Assembly: GCA_965197475.1 (NCBI GenBank)
Contig: CBDANF010000003.1
Coordinates: 2,144,001-2,208,000 of the forward strand
DNA length: 64,000 nt
Source of the DNA: Candidatus Poribacteria bacterium
Lineage (GTDB): Bacteria > Poribacteria > WGA-4E > WGA-3G
Reading direction: 5' to 3'
Below, in pieces: positions 21,095 through 30,916 of this stretch (its first letter is position 1; each line of letters begins with the position of its first letter). A program made the position numbers and the translations under genes. Under the pieces are notes generated by a model, which worked only from the letters and a program-made list of their open reading frames with translations, ran no database searches and was not told the DNA's origin.

Positions 21095-21643
21095 TCACTG
21101 TTTCAGTTCAGAGGCTTGGATCAATGCTTTATATTCGGGTAGATCACGGATTTTATCAAATGCAGGTTCCGTTTTTGCGGTAGAAAGCACTGCTTTATCC
21201 ACTCGAATCGCTTCGCGTAGAGACGCAATTGATTTTTCAATATCGGCAACTTGGGTGCCATTTCCTAAAGGTTTCTCTGCCTTCAACGCATAAGCAACAG
21301 CAAGGTTATAATGTGCCTTCGCGAAATCTACATCCAGTTGTGTTGCACGTTCCCACGCACGGATAGCTTGTTCAAGATCACCCATATTCCCATATACAGC
21401 ACCCAGGTTGAAATAAGGAATTGCCCAGCCCGGTTCGTTCTGAATTGCCAATTTGAACTCGGTGACAGCTAGTGTGAAATTACTTTCCTTGGCATACGCG
21501 AGTCCCCAATTGTAATGTGATTTCGCTGCTTCATTCGGTTCAGAGGCATCCGTGCTTTGTGAATACGGAATGCTTTTCAGACCACATCCAATCAGCAATA
21601 CCGCTGAGCAGAATATAAGAATCATTCTCATTTCTCTCTCCAC
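21095..21643 (-). CDS. TPR lipoprotein
   Basis: Lipobox LIGC; TPR repeats HYNWGLAY, YFNLGAVY, HYNLAVAY. Confidence 0.85.
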   Translation of the reverse strand: MEREMRMILIFCSAVLLIGCGLKSIPYSQSTDASEPNEAAKSHYNWGLAYAKESNFTLAVTEFKLAIQNEPGWAIPYFNLGAVYGNMGDLEQAIRAWERATQLDVDFAKAHYNLAVAYALKAEKPLGNGTQVADIEKSIASLREAIRVDKAVLSTAKTEPAFDKIRDLPEYKALIQASELKQ

Positions 21644-21726
21644 ATCTTTTATAACACTTTACCCGAATTTAGGTTGTCAGTCAACCGGTTTGTGCTGCTC
21701 CAGAAACGTTTAGTTTCCAACAACTG

Positions 21727-23949
21727 TTATTTAGACGGTACATTCCAAAGGAAAATAGTTCCGTCTTGTCTATAATCGTGGCCGCTTATGCTTGCGAGTG
21801 TTTTGCCATCAGGTGCAAACGCCAATGTATGGATAAAGTTTTTATGTCCATCATAGGTTGCAAGAAGGCGGCGGGTAGCAAATTCCCATAGATGAATTTT
21901 ACCGCCCGTATCCCCGCTGGCGAGAATAGTACCATCCGATGAAAATGCTAACTTGCAGACTGCATGTTGGTGTCCACTAATAGTTTCAATAAGGTTTTGG
22001 GTGGCAACATCCCACAAATGTATTTTCTTGTTTCCATTTCCAGTTGCGAGCGTTTTTCCATCAGGTGTGAATGCTAACGCATAAACATTAAAGTTGCGCA
22101 AGTGGAAACGTTCTAACAATCCACCCATTAATCCCTTAGAAATTTTAAGTGCTGCAAGTTGTTCGCCGGTGTTCATATTCCATAAATATATGCGATTTCC
22201 CATACTATAAGCAAGCATTTTGCCATTGAATGTTGATGTCATCCAATACCTATCAATCTTCGTAAAGGTATTCAGATTTTTGGCTTTGAGCGTGTCCCAT
22301 ATTTCTGTTCCATTATTTGTTTGAATAACCAGTTTTTCACTATTTGGTGCAAAAACACCTACGATGTCCCCCCTAAGTGTTGTGCCATCATTAAATGAAT
22401 CAGAAAAACCTCCGTTTAATGTGTCTGGGATGGTGTAGGCGTTTTCCTGTATTCCTGAGGTAATATCCCACACTTCAATATTGCCTCTACTCTCACTGAT
22501 AAGCGTTTTGTTGTCCTTCGCGAATGTTAATGCACGGATATAATTGTCATCTGTGTTGATCGTAATCCATTTGTTGTGTTCATTTGCATTCCAGAGTTGG
22601 ATGTTTCCCGTAATGTCACCGCTTGCGAGCACTTTTCCATCATGTGAGAACACTAACGCCGTGAGTGGTTTTGTATAGCCTGAAGTGAGAGTCAGCAGTG
22701 GTTTGTTGGTACGTGTGTGCCACACATTTACAGTGCCGTTCCCGTTTGCTGTGGCAAGGGTTGCTCCCTCTTGTGATAACACGAAACGTTCAGGGAAAGG
22801 TTTAAACTCATCTAAAACGGGACTGAGTTTTGCTATTTGACGGTGGGTGGCAATGTCCAATAGTGTATAACTATCTTTGGCAATTAGAACGAGGGTTTTT
22901 CCGTCGCCTGAAAATCTTACGGTTTTCGCATCGGGGAACGTAGCGATTTCACTGCGGGCAGGAACGTCCCATATAGCGCAACCATCATACCCTGTTATGG
23001 CGAGGATTTTTCCACCCTTTGAAAACCTTACGTCTTGGACACGGCCCCCTGGAAGTGCCGCGAGTTGTTCACCTATGTCAACATCCCATATTTCAATTGG
23101 TCCTTGGGTATTTCTGCTGCCATTTCTCAAGGGGATCCTGTAGGATATTCTACTCACAAGCGTTTTTCCGTCCGGTGCAAACTCCAATCCCTGATGCCAT
23201 TTTATAGGTTGTTTTTCAAAAAGCGTGTAGCTTTGGCTGTCGTGTCCCAGCGGATATTGGATTGGAAAAGGTATCCTATCATCCATTGTGCGTGGTGTAA
23301 GTGTTATTATTTCTCTGCCGGTTTGTCCATTTTTGATGCTGATTGTGCCATCCTTATTTCCGATAGCAAAGGTAACAACGCCTATGCGATCAACAAAGGC
23401 AGCTAATGCACGAGTCCATACTCTACCTTTGATTCTGATTTTGGAAGCCTTTGGATTGAATGTATTTAGTAATTTTCCAGTGGAGGTATCCCAAAGCGTA
23501 ACTATCCGTTGCCAATTGACTCCTACAAGCGTTTTTCCATCGGGTAAGAATTTCAGAGAAAAAAGTGTGCCTTTGGGAATAGCAAATGTCTGCAAGTTTT
23601 TACCGGTTTTAGCGTCCCAAAGCCGAACGGTTTTATCATCCGCGCTGCTGGCAAGCATCTTTCCATCCGGTGAGAATGCTACATGTCTAACGGCATCCGT
23701 ATGCCCTGAAAGGAAAGCAGTTTCGTCGCCTGTGTTGACATCATAAAGCCATACACCGATAGAGCTTGCTATTGCCAACTGATTGCCATCAGGTGATAGC
23801 TGCATATCATTTAAGATGCCTTTACCGAGACGTGCTTTAGCACCTTCAGGTAAACTGAATTGCGTATAGTCCTGGGCGAAAGAATTCAGTGGATATAGGG
23901 TAAAAAAGATAAATAGTATTAAGAAAATCGAAAATAGTTTAGTCTTCAT
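21727..23949 (-). CDS. Secreted WD40-repeat protein
   Basis: Signal peptide, YTQFSLPEGAKARLGKG, many AFSPDG...LWD repeats. Confidence 0.92.
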   Translation of the reverse strand: MKTKLFSIFLILFIFFTLYPLNSFAQDYTQFSLPEGAKARLGKGILNDMQLSPDGNQLAIASSIGVWLYDVNTGDETAFLSGHTDAVRHVAFSPDGKMLASSADDKTVRLWDAKTGKNLQTFAIPKGTLFSLKFLPDGKTLVGVNWQRIVTLWDTSTGKLLNTFNPKASKIRIKGRVWTRALAAFVDRIGVVTFAIGNKDGTISIKNGQTGREIITLTPRTMDDRIPFPIQYPLGHDSQSYTLFEKQPIKWHQGLEFAPDGKTLVSRISYRIPLRNGSRNTQGPIEIWDVDIGEQLAALPGGRVQDVRFSKGGKILAITGYDGCAIWDVPARSEIATFPDAKTVRFSGDGKTLVLIAKDSYTLLDIATHRQIAKLSPVLDEFKPFPERFVLSQEGATLATANGNGTVNVWHTRTNKPLLTLTSGYTKPLTALVFSHDGKVLASGDITGNIQLWNANEHNKWITINTDDNYIRALTFAKDNKTLISESRGNIEVWDITSGIQENAYTIPDTLNGGFSDSFNDGTTLRGDIVGVFAPNSEKLVIQTNNGTEIWDTLKAKNLNTFTKIDRYWMTSTFNGKMLAYSMGNRIYLWNMNTGEQLAALKISKGLMGGLLERFHLRNFNVYALAFTPDGKTLATGNGNKKIHLWDVATQNLIETISGHQHAVCKLAFSSDGTILASGDTGGKIHLWEFATRRLLATYDGHKNFIHTLAFAPDGKTLASISGHDYRQDGTIFLWNVPSK

Positions 23950-23960
23950 TGTTCAGACAA

Positions 23961-24908
23961 TCACCTCCGCCACCAACTCTTTTTACTCTGATAAAATGCA
24001 AAGAGTTTTGAAATAGCTTTGTCATTTTTGTTGAGACGCAATACTGCCTCACACGCCGCAATCACCTTCTGTTTGTCAGAATCAGCACCAGTTTCTTGAT
24101 ACATAAAATGATAACTTTGTGCGATAGCAGTAAAATACACCGCCTGATCAATCTCTGTCGGTACTTCAGCAGGAAGTTCGGTGCTGACTGAAACTGCCTC
24201 ACTCCATGCTTCAAGCGCAGCATAGCAGATAACCTTCTGAAATAGCGGTGCCAATTGCGAATTGTCAAGCCAATACGCTTGCGTATAGCAGCTAATGGCT
24301 TCCGAATACGCGGAATTGTCAATGTGCAGTTGGGCAAGTGCAGTATAAAAAGCGTCCAACCCGCTATCGGCGATGGTGTATAGTTCAGCACCGGTGTTGA
24401 TGAGCCATTCTTTTTCTATTAGAAATTCAAGTGCGGAATTACGCTCCTCGTCTGTAATACTAATATCCGTCAGGAGATGTTTTGCAACAGCGGCGTTTGG
24501 AAAAATCTTTGTGCGGCTTTTCATTAACGGATATGCTTGCGCCGGTTTATCCATCGCCAAAAGTTTGATGCCGGTCGCAATGCGAAAGAGTGAAACAATT
24601 TGATCGCTGTTTTGGCGAGACATCTGATCGGCAATCTGTTCTCTATTTTCAGAAAAATGTTGGTTGAGATTATCAACTGCCTGTCGAATGTCGGTATTTT
24701 CAGGGTTGAGTTGGTGCGCTTGGGATAAAAACCGCTGTGCAGCGAAGAGTTCTCCCCATTCTTGATAGATGCGGCCGAGGCGAAAGTTGGCATACGCAAG
24801 CGTCTTCGAATCGCTCTTGCCTCGGATAACGTCATCATAGGCTTGGATAGCTTCGGCTATATGTTCTTGGGTTTCTAATGTTTGAGCGTGATTAAGTAAT
24901 TTTGACAT
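23961..24908 (-). CDS. TPR-like hypothetical protein
   Basis: Helical TPR-like repeats; directly downstream of holB. Confidence 0.7.
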   Translation of the reverse strand: MSKLLNHAQTLETQEHIAEAIQAYDDVIRGKSDSKTLAYANFRLGRIYQEWGELFAAQRFLSQAHQLNPENTDIRQAVDNLNQHFSENREQIADQMSRQNSDQIVSLFRIATGIKLLAMDKPAQAYPLMKSRTKIFPNAAVAKHLLTDISITDEERNSALEFLIEKEWLINTGAELYTIADSGLDAFYTALAQLHIDNSAYSEAISCYTQAYWLDNSQLAPLFQKVICYAALEAWSEAVSVSTELPAEVPTEIDQAVYFTAIAQSYHFMYQETGADSDKQKVIAACEAVLRLNKNDKAISKLFAFYQSKKSWWRR

Positions 24909-24920
24909 AAAGGATTTCTT

Positions 24921-25892
24921 TCATCTACCCTGTAATAACTTGAGACACATAACCTCAAGCGCAAAGACTTTGGTAACGTTTGTCCTTTTGAGCAGTTCCT
25001 TCGTTTCAAAAACGGTCTTGATGGCACGTTGAAGTCGGATTTGAGAGTAGCGTGGCACAAGTGTTTGAAGTTTTTCTAATGCGTTGGCGTGTGTAATTAA
25101 GTCTTTAGGTGCGCCTTGTTGCAGAAGAAGGAGATCGCGATACCACGTTATCAATTCGTCTAAACTGTCCTGTTTTTTCCCAAATTGTTCTGCTAATCGA
25201 AAGGCAGCTAACGGGTCAGTCTCCCCTAAGATTTCTGGCACTGTTTCACTTTCGGTAATACCTTTTTCAATAAGTGCGATTGCTTTTCCAACAACACCAC
25301 CTGACAATATAGCAGCTGCGGAAGCTGTCGCTTCATCAATAGAAAACCGTTCCATTAATGCTGCGGTTAATTGTTCAGTGGGCATTGGGTAAAACGGAAG
25401 AATCTGACAACGGGATCGAATCGTAGGCAGAATGGATTCAATGTTTTCTGTCAATAGGATGAGTGTTGATGCAGCGGGGGGCTCTTCAAGCGTTTTGAGT
25501 AGGGCATTTGCTGCAGGATTGTTCGGATCGCTCATCCTTTCGGTGTTTGCTAAAATGTAGATTTTTCGTGGTCCTTCAAGTGGCTGATAAACAATTGCTC
25601 GTTGCAGTTCACGGATTTGGTCTATCTTCATCTGTGCGCCATCAGGTCGAATTATTCGTAGGTCTGGGTGATTACCGCTTTTTATCTTACGGCAAGCACG
25701 GCATTCATCACAAGATGCCGATCCTTCCGCACGTTGTTCACATAGAATTAAATTCGCAAAGTAAAGCGCGACAGTCTCTTTGCCAACACCTTGCACGCCT
25801 GAAAAAAGGTACGCGCCAGCAATACGTTCTGATGCTACAGCGTTTTGGAGTTGTGTAATGATGTTCTGATGACCGAGTATAACGTTTTGCAT
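24921..25892 (-). CDS. holB: DNA polymerase III delta' subunit
   Basis: AYLFSG, Zn module CDECRAC, HPDL, ANALLKTLEEPP, TIRSRCQ; follows tmk. Confidence 0.95.
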   Translation of the reverse strand: MQNVILGHQNIITQLQNAVASERIAGAYLFSGVQGVGKETVALYFANLILCEQRAEGSASCDECRACRKIKSGNHPDLRIIRPDGAQMKIDQIRELQRAIVYQPLEGPRKIYILANTERMSDPNNPAANALLKTLEEPPAASTLILLTENIESILPTIRSRCQILPFYPMPTEQLTAALMERFSIDEATASAAAILSGGVVGKAIALIEKGITESETVPEILGETDPLAAFRLAEQFGKKQDSLDELITWYRDLLLLQQGAPKDLITHANALEKLQTLVPRYSQIRLQRAIKTVFETKELLKRTNVTKVFALEVMCLKLLQGR

Positions 25893-25931
25893 TTTTTTAA
25901 TGTAGCCGACACATTTTGATGTACGGTGATC

Positions 25932-26561
25932 TCAGGGCGTTTGTGATAACTGAATTCTTTTTCTGGATTCTGTCACGAGAAGATCGTGGATAGTATCAAC
26001 GTCAAGTTGTGCATTGATGGAGATGACGCGCTGCGGTTCCGATTCTGCCACAGCTAAATACCCCTTTCTCACTTTTTCGTGTGAGGCTAAGGTTTCAAGT
26101 TCAAGGCGAGTGAGAGGTTCCTCTGAATCCCGTTTGCGTTGGAGTCCGATATCCGGCGGCAAGTCAAGAAGAAACGTAATGTCAGGTGTTAATCCTCTTG
26201 TCGCAATGTGGTTCACTTGTTCTATGAGTTGGAGGTCAATCCCTTTGCGATACCCTTGATAGGCAATAGTAGCATCGCTAAATCGGTCACAGATAACGAT
26301 CTGTCCTGCATTTAATGCGGGCAGGATACGTTCGGTGACGTGTTGTGCGCGTGCGGCGGCAATCAGCAACAATTCGGTTGATGCAGACATAGTAGAAGGG
26401 GTTAGAAAAATATCTCGGATCTGTTCCGAAAGCGGTGTGCCGCCCGGTTCGCGGGTAACAAGCACATTTTCACCGAGGGCTGCTGCTAATCGGTGTATCT
26501 GTGTTGTTTTGCCTGCGCCTTCTACGCCTTCAAGTGTGATGAAAAAGCCTTTGTGTTTCAT
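25932..26561 (-). CDS. tmk: Thymidylate kinase
   Basis: EGVEGAGKTTQ, TREPGGT, CDRFSDATIAYQG. Confidence 0.97.
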   Translation of the reverse strand: MKHKGFFITLEGVEGAGKTTQIHRLAAALGENVLVTREPGGTPLSEQIRDIFLTPSTMSASTELLLIAAARAQHVTERILPALNAGQIVICDRFSDATIAYQGYRKGIDLQLIEQVNHIATRGLTPDITFLLDLPPDIGLQRKRDSEEPLTRLELETLASHEKVRKGYLAVAESEPQRVISINAQLDVDTIHDLLVTESRKRIQLSQTP

Positions 26562-26617
26562 TAGTTTAAATAATACCACGTAGTAAACGGTGTATCAAGT
26601 GCAATTTTGATGAATCA

Positions 26618-27349
26618 CAGAACCATTCAATTTTCGAAATACATATTGTTGTATAGGTTATCATCATGTGTGGCCTGACTTTTCACGCCGCACATGATGG
26701 ACTTCACCTTAGAGAATAGTCTAAAATCATTTGAGGTGAAAAATGACAAAACAAAAGTCTCGTCATCTACTTGAAATGTTAGCAGAAGTTCCTGATTCTC
26801 GCAAGTCACAAGGCAAACGCCATCCGCTCCCAGCCATTTTAGGTCTCACGGTTGTCGCAATGCTGTGTGGGTGTCGCAGTTATAGTGCTGTTGAAAAAGG
26901 ACACGGTTGGATACAAACACGCACGCTTACTGCCAGCACAGTCCTTACAGATACAGATTATGTGGAATGGCCGGGACTTGCACAAGTTTATCAATACTGA
27001 TGCGAACGCACGCATACCCGCACAGAAAAACAACACATTGGATACAATATGGGATAAGAAGTTTGCCACCAGAAGACGGCTCCGCAGCACGACTTTTGAC
27101 ACTACGGCGTGGACATTGGGCAATAGAGAGCTTGGCGCATTGCTCCCGCGATATGTTGTTTGGTGAAGATGCTTCACAAGTGCGTTGTGGTAGTATTCCA
27201 CAAGTAATGTGTGCATTACGAAATGCGGTGACCAGTCTTTTGCGCACATCTGGATACACTGAAATAGCATACGCACTCCGATATTTTGCCGCACATCCAG
27301 AGCAAGCACTCAACTCATCGGGAGAGATACCGAAAATTGGATGGCTCTG
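26618..27349 (+). mobile_element. Internally deleted ISAs1-family element
   Basis: 19-bp TIRs with 17/19 match (CAGAACCATTCAATTTTCG / CAGAGCCATCCAATTTTCG); N-terminal VPDSR..GKRHPL joined directly to EKGHG; RGHWAIE, RDMLFGED; internal stop and frameshift. Confidence 0.85.
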
Positions 27350-27367
27350 CCACATTCCCAAACCCTC

Positions 27368-27396
27368 TTGACATTTCTCACTGATTCTGGTATTAT
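27368..27396 (+). promoter_or_regulatory. Putative sigma70 promoter
   Basis: TTGACA-N17-TATTAT upstream of 27435. Confidence 0.6.
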
Positions 27397-27434
27397 ATCA
27401 ATATATTTATCAAGAATATAGATGGAAAGGAACC

Positions 27435-29384
27435 ATGCAGAAATCTTATTTTCTTTTTTCATTACTATGCCTTGTTGTGATGTTTCTACTATTCACAAGG
27501 ATTGGCTACAGTGAGCAATATGTCATCGTAGACAGGGAAAATGGCGACAGACTCACTGGTCGTTGGCTCAATTCTACAGATACACACTTTGAAATTGAAT
27601 ATAACGGACAGGTTTTAAGGTTTCCATTAGAAGGACACACGCTCAGTTTTACCTCGGAACTCGAAAATGTCCCAAACCAAACAGCGGCGAAGTATTATCG
27701 CAATGGACGTGACCTGTTAGATTTAGAAAAACCTGAATCAGCAAAACGACTATTTGAAAAAGCGTTGGAAGAATTTCCGAAATTTGTAGATGCCCATTAT
27801 CAACTCGGATTACTTTATAAAGCTGATGGAGACATTCAAAAAGCATTAGCAAGATTTCGAGCTGTCTTACTCATAGATGCAAAGAATTTCGACCTTGTAC
27901 CACTACTTCAAGAAATTGGGGACAATGCCGTTACTACTGAGGATTATGCCCAGGCAGTTAACGCCTTCCAACTAATACTTACACATTATCCCAAACATGA
28001 ATCCATTCCGAAACTTACTTACCAGACAGGATTCCTGCTCATGAAGGAATTGAAAGACCCTGAAGCAGCACTTGAATTGTTGCAAAAAGCAGTCCATCAA
28101 TTCATTAATTTCACTGAACACGAGGAGGCAGTTTACCAGATAGGGGTATTACAAGCTGAAACAGGGGAACTTGAAAATGCTTTAAATACTTTGCAACGAT
28201 TCGTTGATATCTATCGAAATAGTGATTGGGTTGATGATGCAAACTTAAAGCGGGCAATTATCTATCTACAACTCGGACAAACGAAAAATGCAGTTAACAA
28301 AGCAAAACGAGTTCAACAAAATAGCGTAGACCCCGCCATAATTGCGCAAGCAAAAGAGGTCGTTAGATCAAGTGCATGGAACATCTTCACACACGATTTA
28401 CCCGACCTCAACATTCAGGCTATTGCCGTTGATGGAACATCCCTCTGGATAGGCACACCGAAAGGAATAGCACAAATCGAAACCGGCGGTAATGTCGGAT
28501 GGCAAGCGAATGAAGCTGCCGCATGGAAAATTAATGAGTATATGCCGACAGTCCCTGATGTCCGAGCAATCGTAGTTAACGCCACTCAAGTATGGGTCGG
28601 CACACGAAATCAAGGCATCATATATTATAACAAAAAAACACATGAGGTTAAAAATTACTCGATCGCCCAAGGTTTCCCTAGTGTGTGGATTCGAGACATC
28701 AAGATGGATAACGAGGAAATTTGGTTGGCTACAGATATTGGAGTTGTTCAATGGATTCTTGACACCGGAGAACTAAACCATTATCATGGAAATGACCCGG
28801 TCCCCAACGATATTCACTCTATAGCACTTACCCCCGAGGCTGTATGGGTAGGCACATCAGGAGATGAAATCGCTGTTTTTGATCGTAAATTAAAACTTTG
28901 GATCCCTAAAAATTTCTTGGACATTGCACCGGAAACACAGATTGTCCGATTTGATGCTGTTGGTGATAAAATGCTCTTTTCCTGGTACAATGAAGAAACC
29001 AACGAAAATGGTTTCTTTCAAGCAGATTGGGATGGACAAAATGGTAATTCTAACTCAGTGTTATCGTTATCCGGAACTGATGAAAAGACAGTACTAGATG
29101 ACATCTTGATCACCGGTGTTGTTGATAAAACGATACCACAACTTCCATTGGAAGACGGAAAATCCGAATCCACACCGCTTGTGCTTTGGCTTGCTATGAG
29201 TGATTACGTTGCGATTAATTACACACGTACTCAGGAGTGGGATGGTGATATCGGATACCCAAAAATCGTATTGGAAGATTCTACTATTCAGTGCATCGCA
29301 GTTGATAATAATCGGATTTGGATTGGCACCACGAAAGGCATGCTAACGATAGACGAAGAAAAAGTCAGTAAAACAACCGAATAG
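27435..29384 (+). CDS. Exported TPR + beta-propeller protein
   Basis: Signal peptide; CpoB/BamD-like TPRs; propeller blades LWIGT, VWVGT, IWLAT, IWIGT. Confidence 0.8.
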   Translation: MQKSYFLFSLLCLVVMFLLFTRIGYSEQYVIVDRENGDRLTGRWLNSTDTHFEIEYNGQVLRFPLEGHTLSFTSELENVPNQTAAKYYRNGRDLLDLEKPESAKRLFEKALEEFPKFVDAHYQLGLLYKADGDIQKALARFRAVLLIDAKNFDLVPLLQEIGDNAVTTEDYAQAVNAFQLILTHYPKHESIPKLTYQTGFLLMKELKDPEAALELLQKAVHQFINFTEHEEAVYQIGVLQAETGELENALNTLQRFVDIYRNSDWVDDANLKRAIIYLQLGQTKNAVNKAKRVQQNSVDPAIIAQAKEVVRSSAWNIFTHDLPDLNIQAIAVDGTSLWIGTPKGIAQIETGGNVGWQANEAAAWKINEYMPTVPDVRAIVVNATQVWVGTRNQGIIYYNKKTHEVKNYSIAQGFPSVWIRDIKMDNEEIWLATDIGVVQWILDTGELNHYHGNDPVPNDIHSIALTPEAVWVGTSGDEIAVFDRKLKLWIPKNFLDIAPETQIVRFDAVGDKMLFSWYNEETNENGFFQADWDGQNGNSNSVLSLSGTDEKTVLDDILITGVVDKTIPQLPLEDGKSESTPLVLWLAMSDYVAINYTRTQEWDGDIGYPKIVLEDSTIQCIAVDNNRIWIGTTKGMLTIDEEKVSKTTE

Positions 29385-29407
29385 TATTTTGGAACAAGAC
29401 TACAGTC

Positions 29408-29551
29408 TATCTCATAAATCGTTAAACACGGTTGGTTCCCTTCAGAGAATCCAACTTCATGTAGGGGCGGGTCTCTGTGCCCGCCCGTTGTTTCCGTTCT
29501 CAAGACATAGCGAGGCACAGAGACTTCGCCCTACAAATGATTTATGAGATA
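29408..29551. repeat. Inverted-repeat shell enclosing an inverted pair of GTAG-type REPs
   Basis: TATCTCATAAATC...GATTTATGAGATA around GTAGGGGCGGGTCTCTGTGCCCGCCC (29461-29486) and an inverted copy (29510-29534). Confidence 0.8.
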
Positions 29552-29575
29552 CGCTCTAAGAACAACGATTAAACC

Positions 29576-30424
29576 ATGCAACAGACATCCACAAAACATA
29601 TCATCCGTTGGGATCGGTCAAAACCGACGCATGTTAAAGACGAATTGGTTGTTGAAGAACCGCTTGAAATTCGGGTAGGACAACAGAGCTTAATCGTTGT
29701 CATGCGGACACCGGGGCATGATTTTGAACTTGCCGCGGGTTTCCTTTATACCGAAAGTCTCATAAAATCCGGAGACGACATTGAAATCATAGCATACTGC
29801 GATGAAGAGAACACCGCAACAAAAACTAACGGTCAGCACTCGCCTCTACCAATGTTCCAAAATATCGTCAACGTTCGCTTAGTTCAGGAGTTGAATCTTG
29901 AAGAACAAGCCGGATGGCAACGCAACTTCCATGCAAATGCAAGCTGCGGACTCTGCGGAAAAATGACAATTGAATCTGTCAAACACCAAATCATGCCGTT
30001 GGATTCGGTGTTCCGATTGAATCAAACAGTATTTTATGAACTCAATGATCGTTTACGCGCAGCACAATCGGTTTTTGAAAAGACAGGTGGTCTGCATGCA
30101 GCAGGACTTTTTGATGAAAATGGTGAACTCCTCATTGTCAGAGAGGACATCGGTAGACATAACGCAGTTGATAAAGTTATCGGTCAAGCATTGCTATCAG
30201 ATATGCTACCGCTTGACAGACATGTTCTGATGATAAGTGGGCGCGCCAGTTTTGAAATTGTTCAGAAAGCACTCTTTGCACGAATCCCAATAGTTGTCGC
30301 TGTTTCGGCTGCATCCACACTCGCTGTTGACTTAGCAGCGGAAGGAAATCTCACATTAATCGGTTTCATGCGGGGACAAAGTATGGCAGTCTATAGTCAC
30401 CCTGATCGGATTCTCAAGAAATAG
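29576..30424 (+). CDS. fdhD: Formate dehydrogenase accessory sulfurtransferase FdhD
   Basis: EEPLEI, MRTPGHD, SCGLCG, TGGLHAA, EDIGRHNAVDK. Confidence 0.97.
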   Translation: MQQTSTKHIIRWDRSKPTHVKDELVVEEPLEIRVGQQSLIVVMRTPGHDFELAAGFLYTESLIKSGDDIEIIAYCDEENTATKTNGQHSPLPMFQNIVNVRLVQELNLEEQAGWQRNFHANASCGLCGKMTIESVKHQIMPLDSVFRLNQTVFYELNDRLRAAQSVFEKTGGLHAAGLFDENGELLIVREDIGRHNAVDKVIGQALLSDMLPLDRHVLMISGRASFEIVQKALFARIPIVVAVSAASTLAVDLAAEGNLTLIGFMRGQSMAVYSHPDRILKK

Positions 30425-30561
30425 CAGGAATATGAACTGACAATTTCATTGATGCCAACAAGTACTGCTATCCTTTTAAGACGTAGTGTCTCTATATTAG
30501 CAAACAAACTTATATAGTCTACGCGCTTGCCGTGTAGGTCAAGATAAAAGAGGAGTTTCAC

Positions 30562-30849
30562 ATGGATTTTATTTTTGATAGCATCCAAACAAGTATCAAT
30601 TTGCTTTTTCTCATCGTCGTACTCGGCACCTTAGGAATTTCATGGATTTTCGCGGATAGGTTGCGTAAACGTCATAATGCAGATTTCCCGTGGAGCAAAG
30701 CTTTAATGATTCTCGGTGTTGAAATTCTTATCTGGATAGCGTTTAACTTCTTCTTTGAAATTTTCCAAGCACATTGGGTGTTGATTTCCATAGTCGGGAT
30801 AATTGTAATTTTTATAATCCTCTCACGAAAGAAACGAAAATATGTCTGA
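30562..30849 (+). CDS. Small membrane protein (about 3 TM helices)
   Basis: RBS GAGGAG; hydrophobic helices; basic tail. Confidence 0.75.
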   Translation: MDFIFDSIQTSINLLFLIVVLGTLGISWIFADRLRKRHNADFPWSKALMILGVEILIWIAFNFFFEIFQAHWVLISIVGIIVIFIILSRKKRKYV

Positions 30850-30916
30850 AGACGATAAAAAGTGGGGCGCAGGTTGGTTTGTCGACTGTTCCTTCACACG
30901 TTTATAGGAGGTAACT

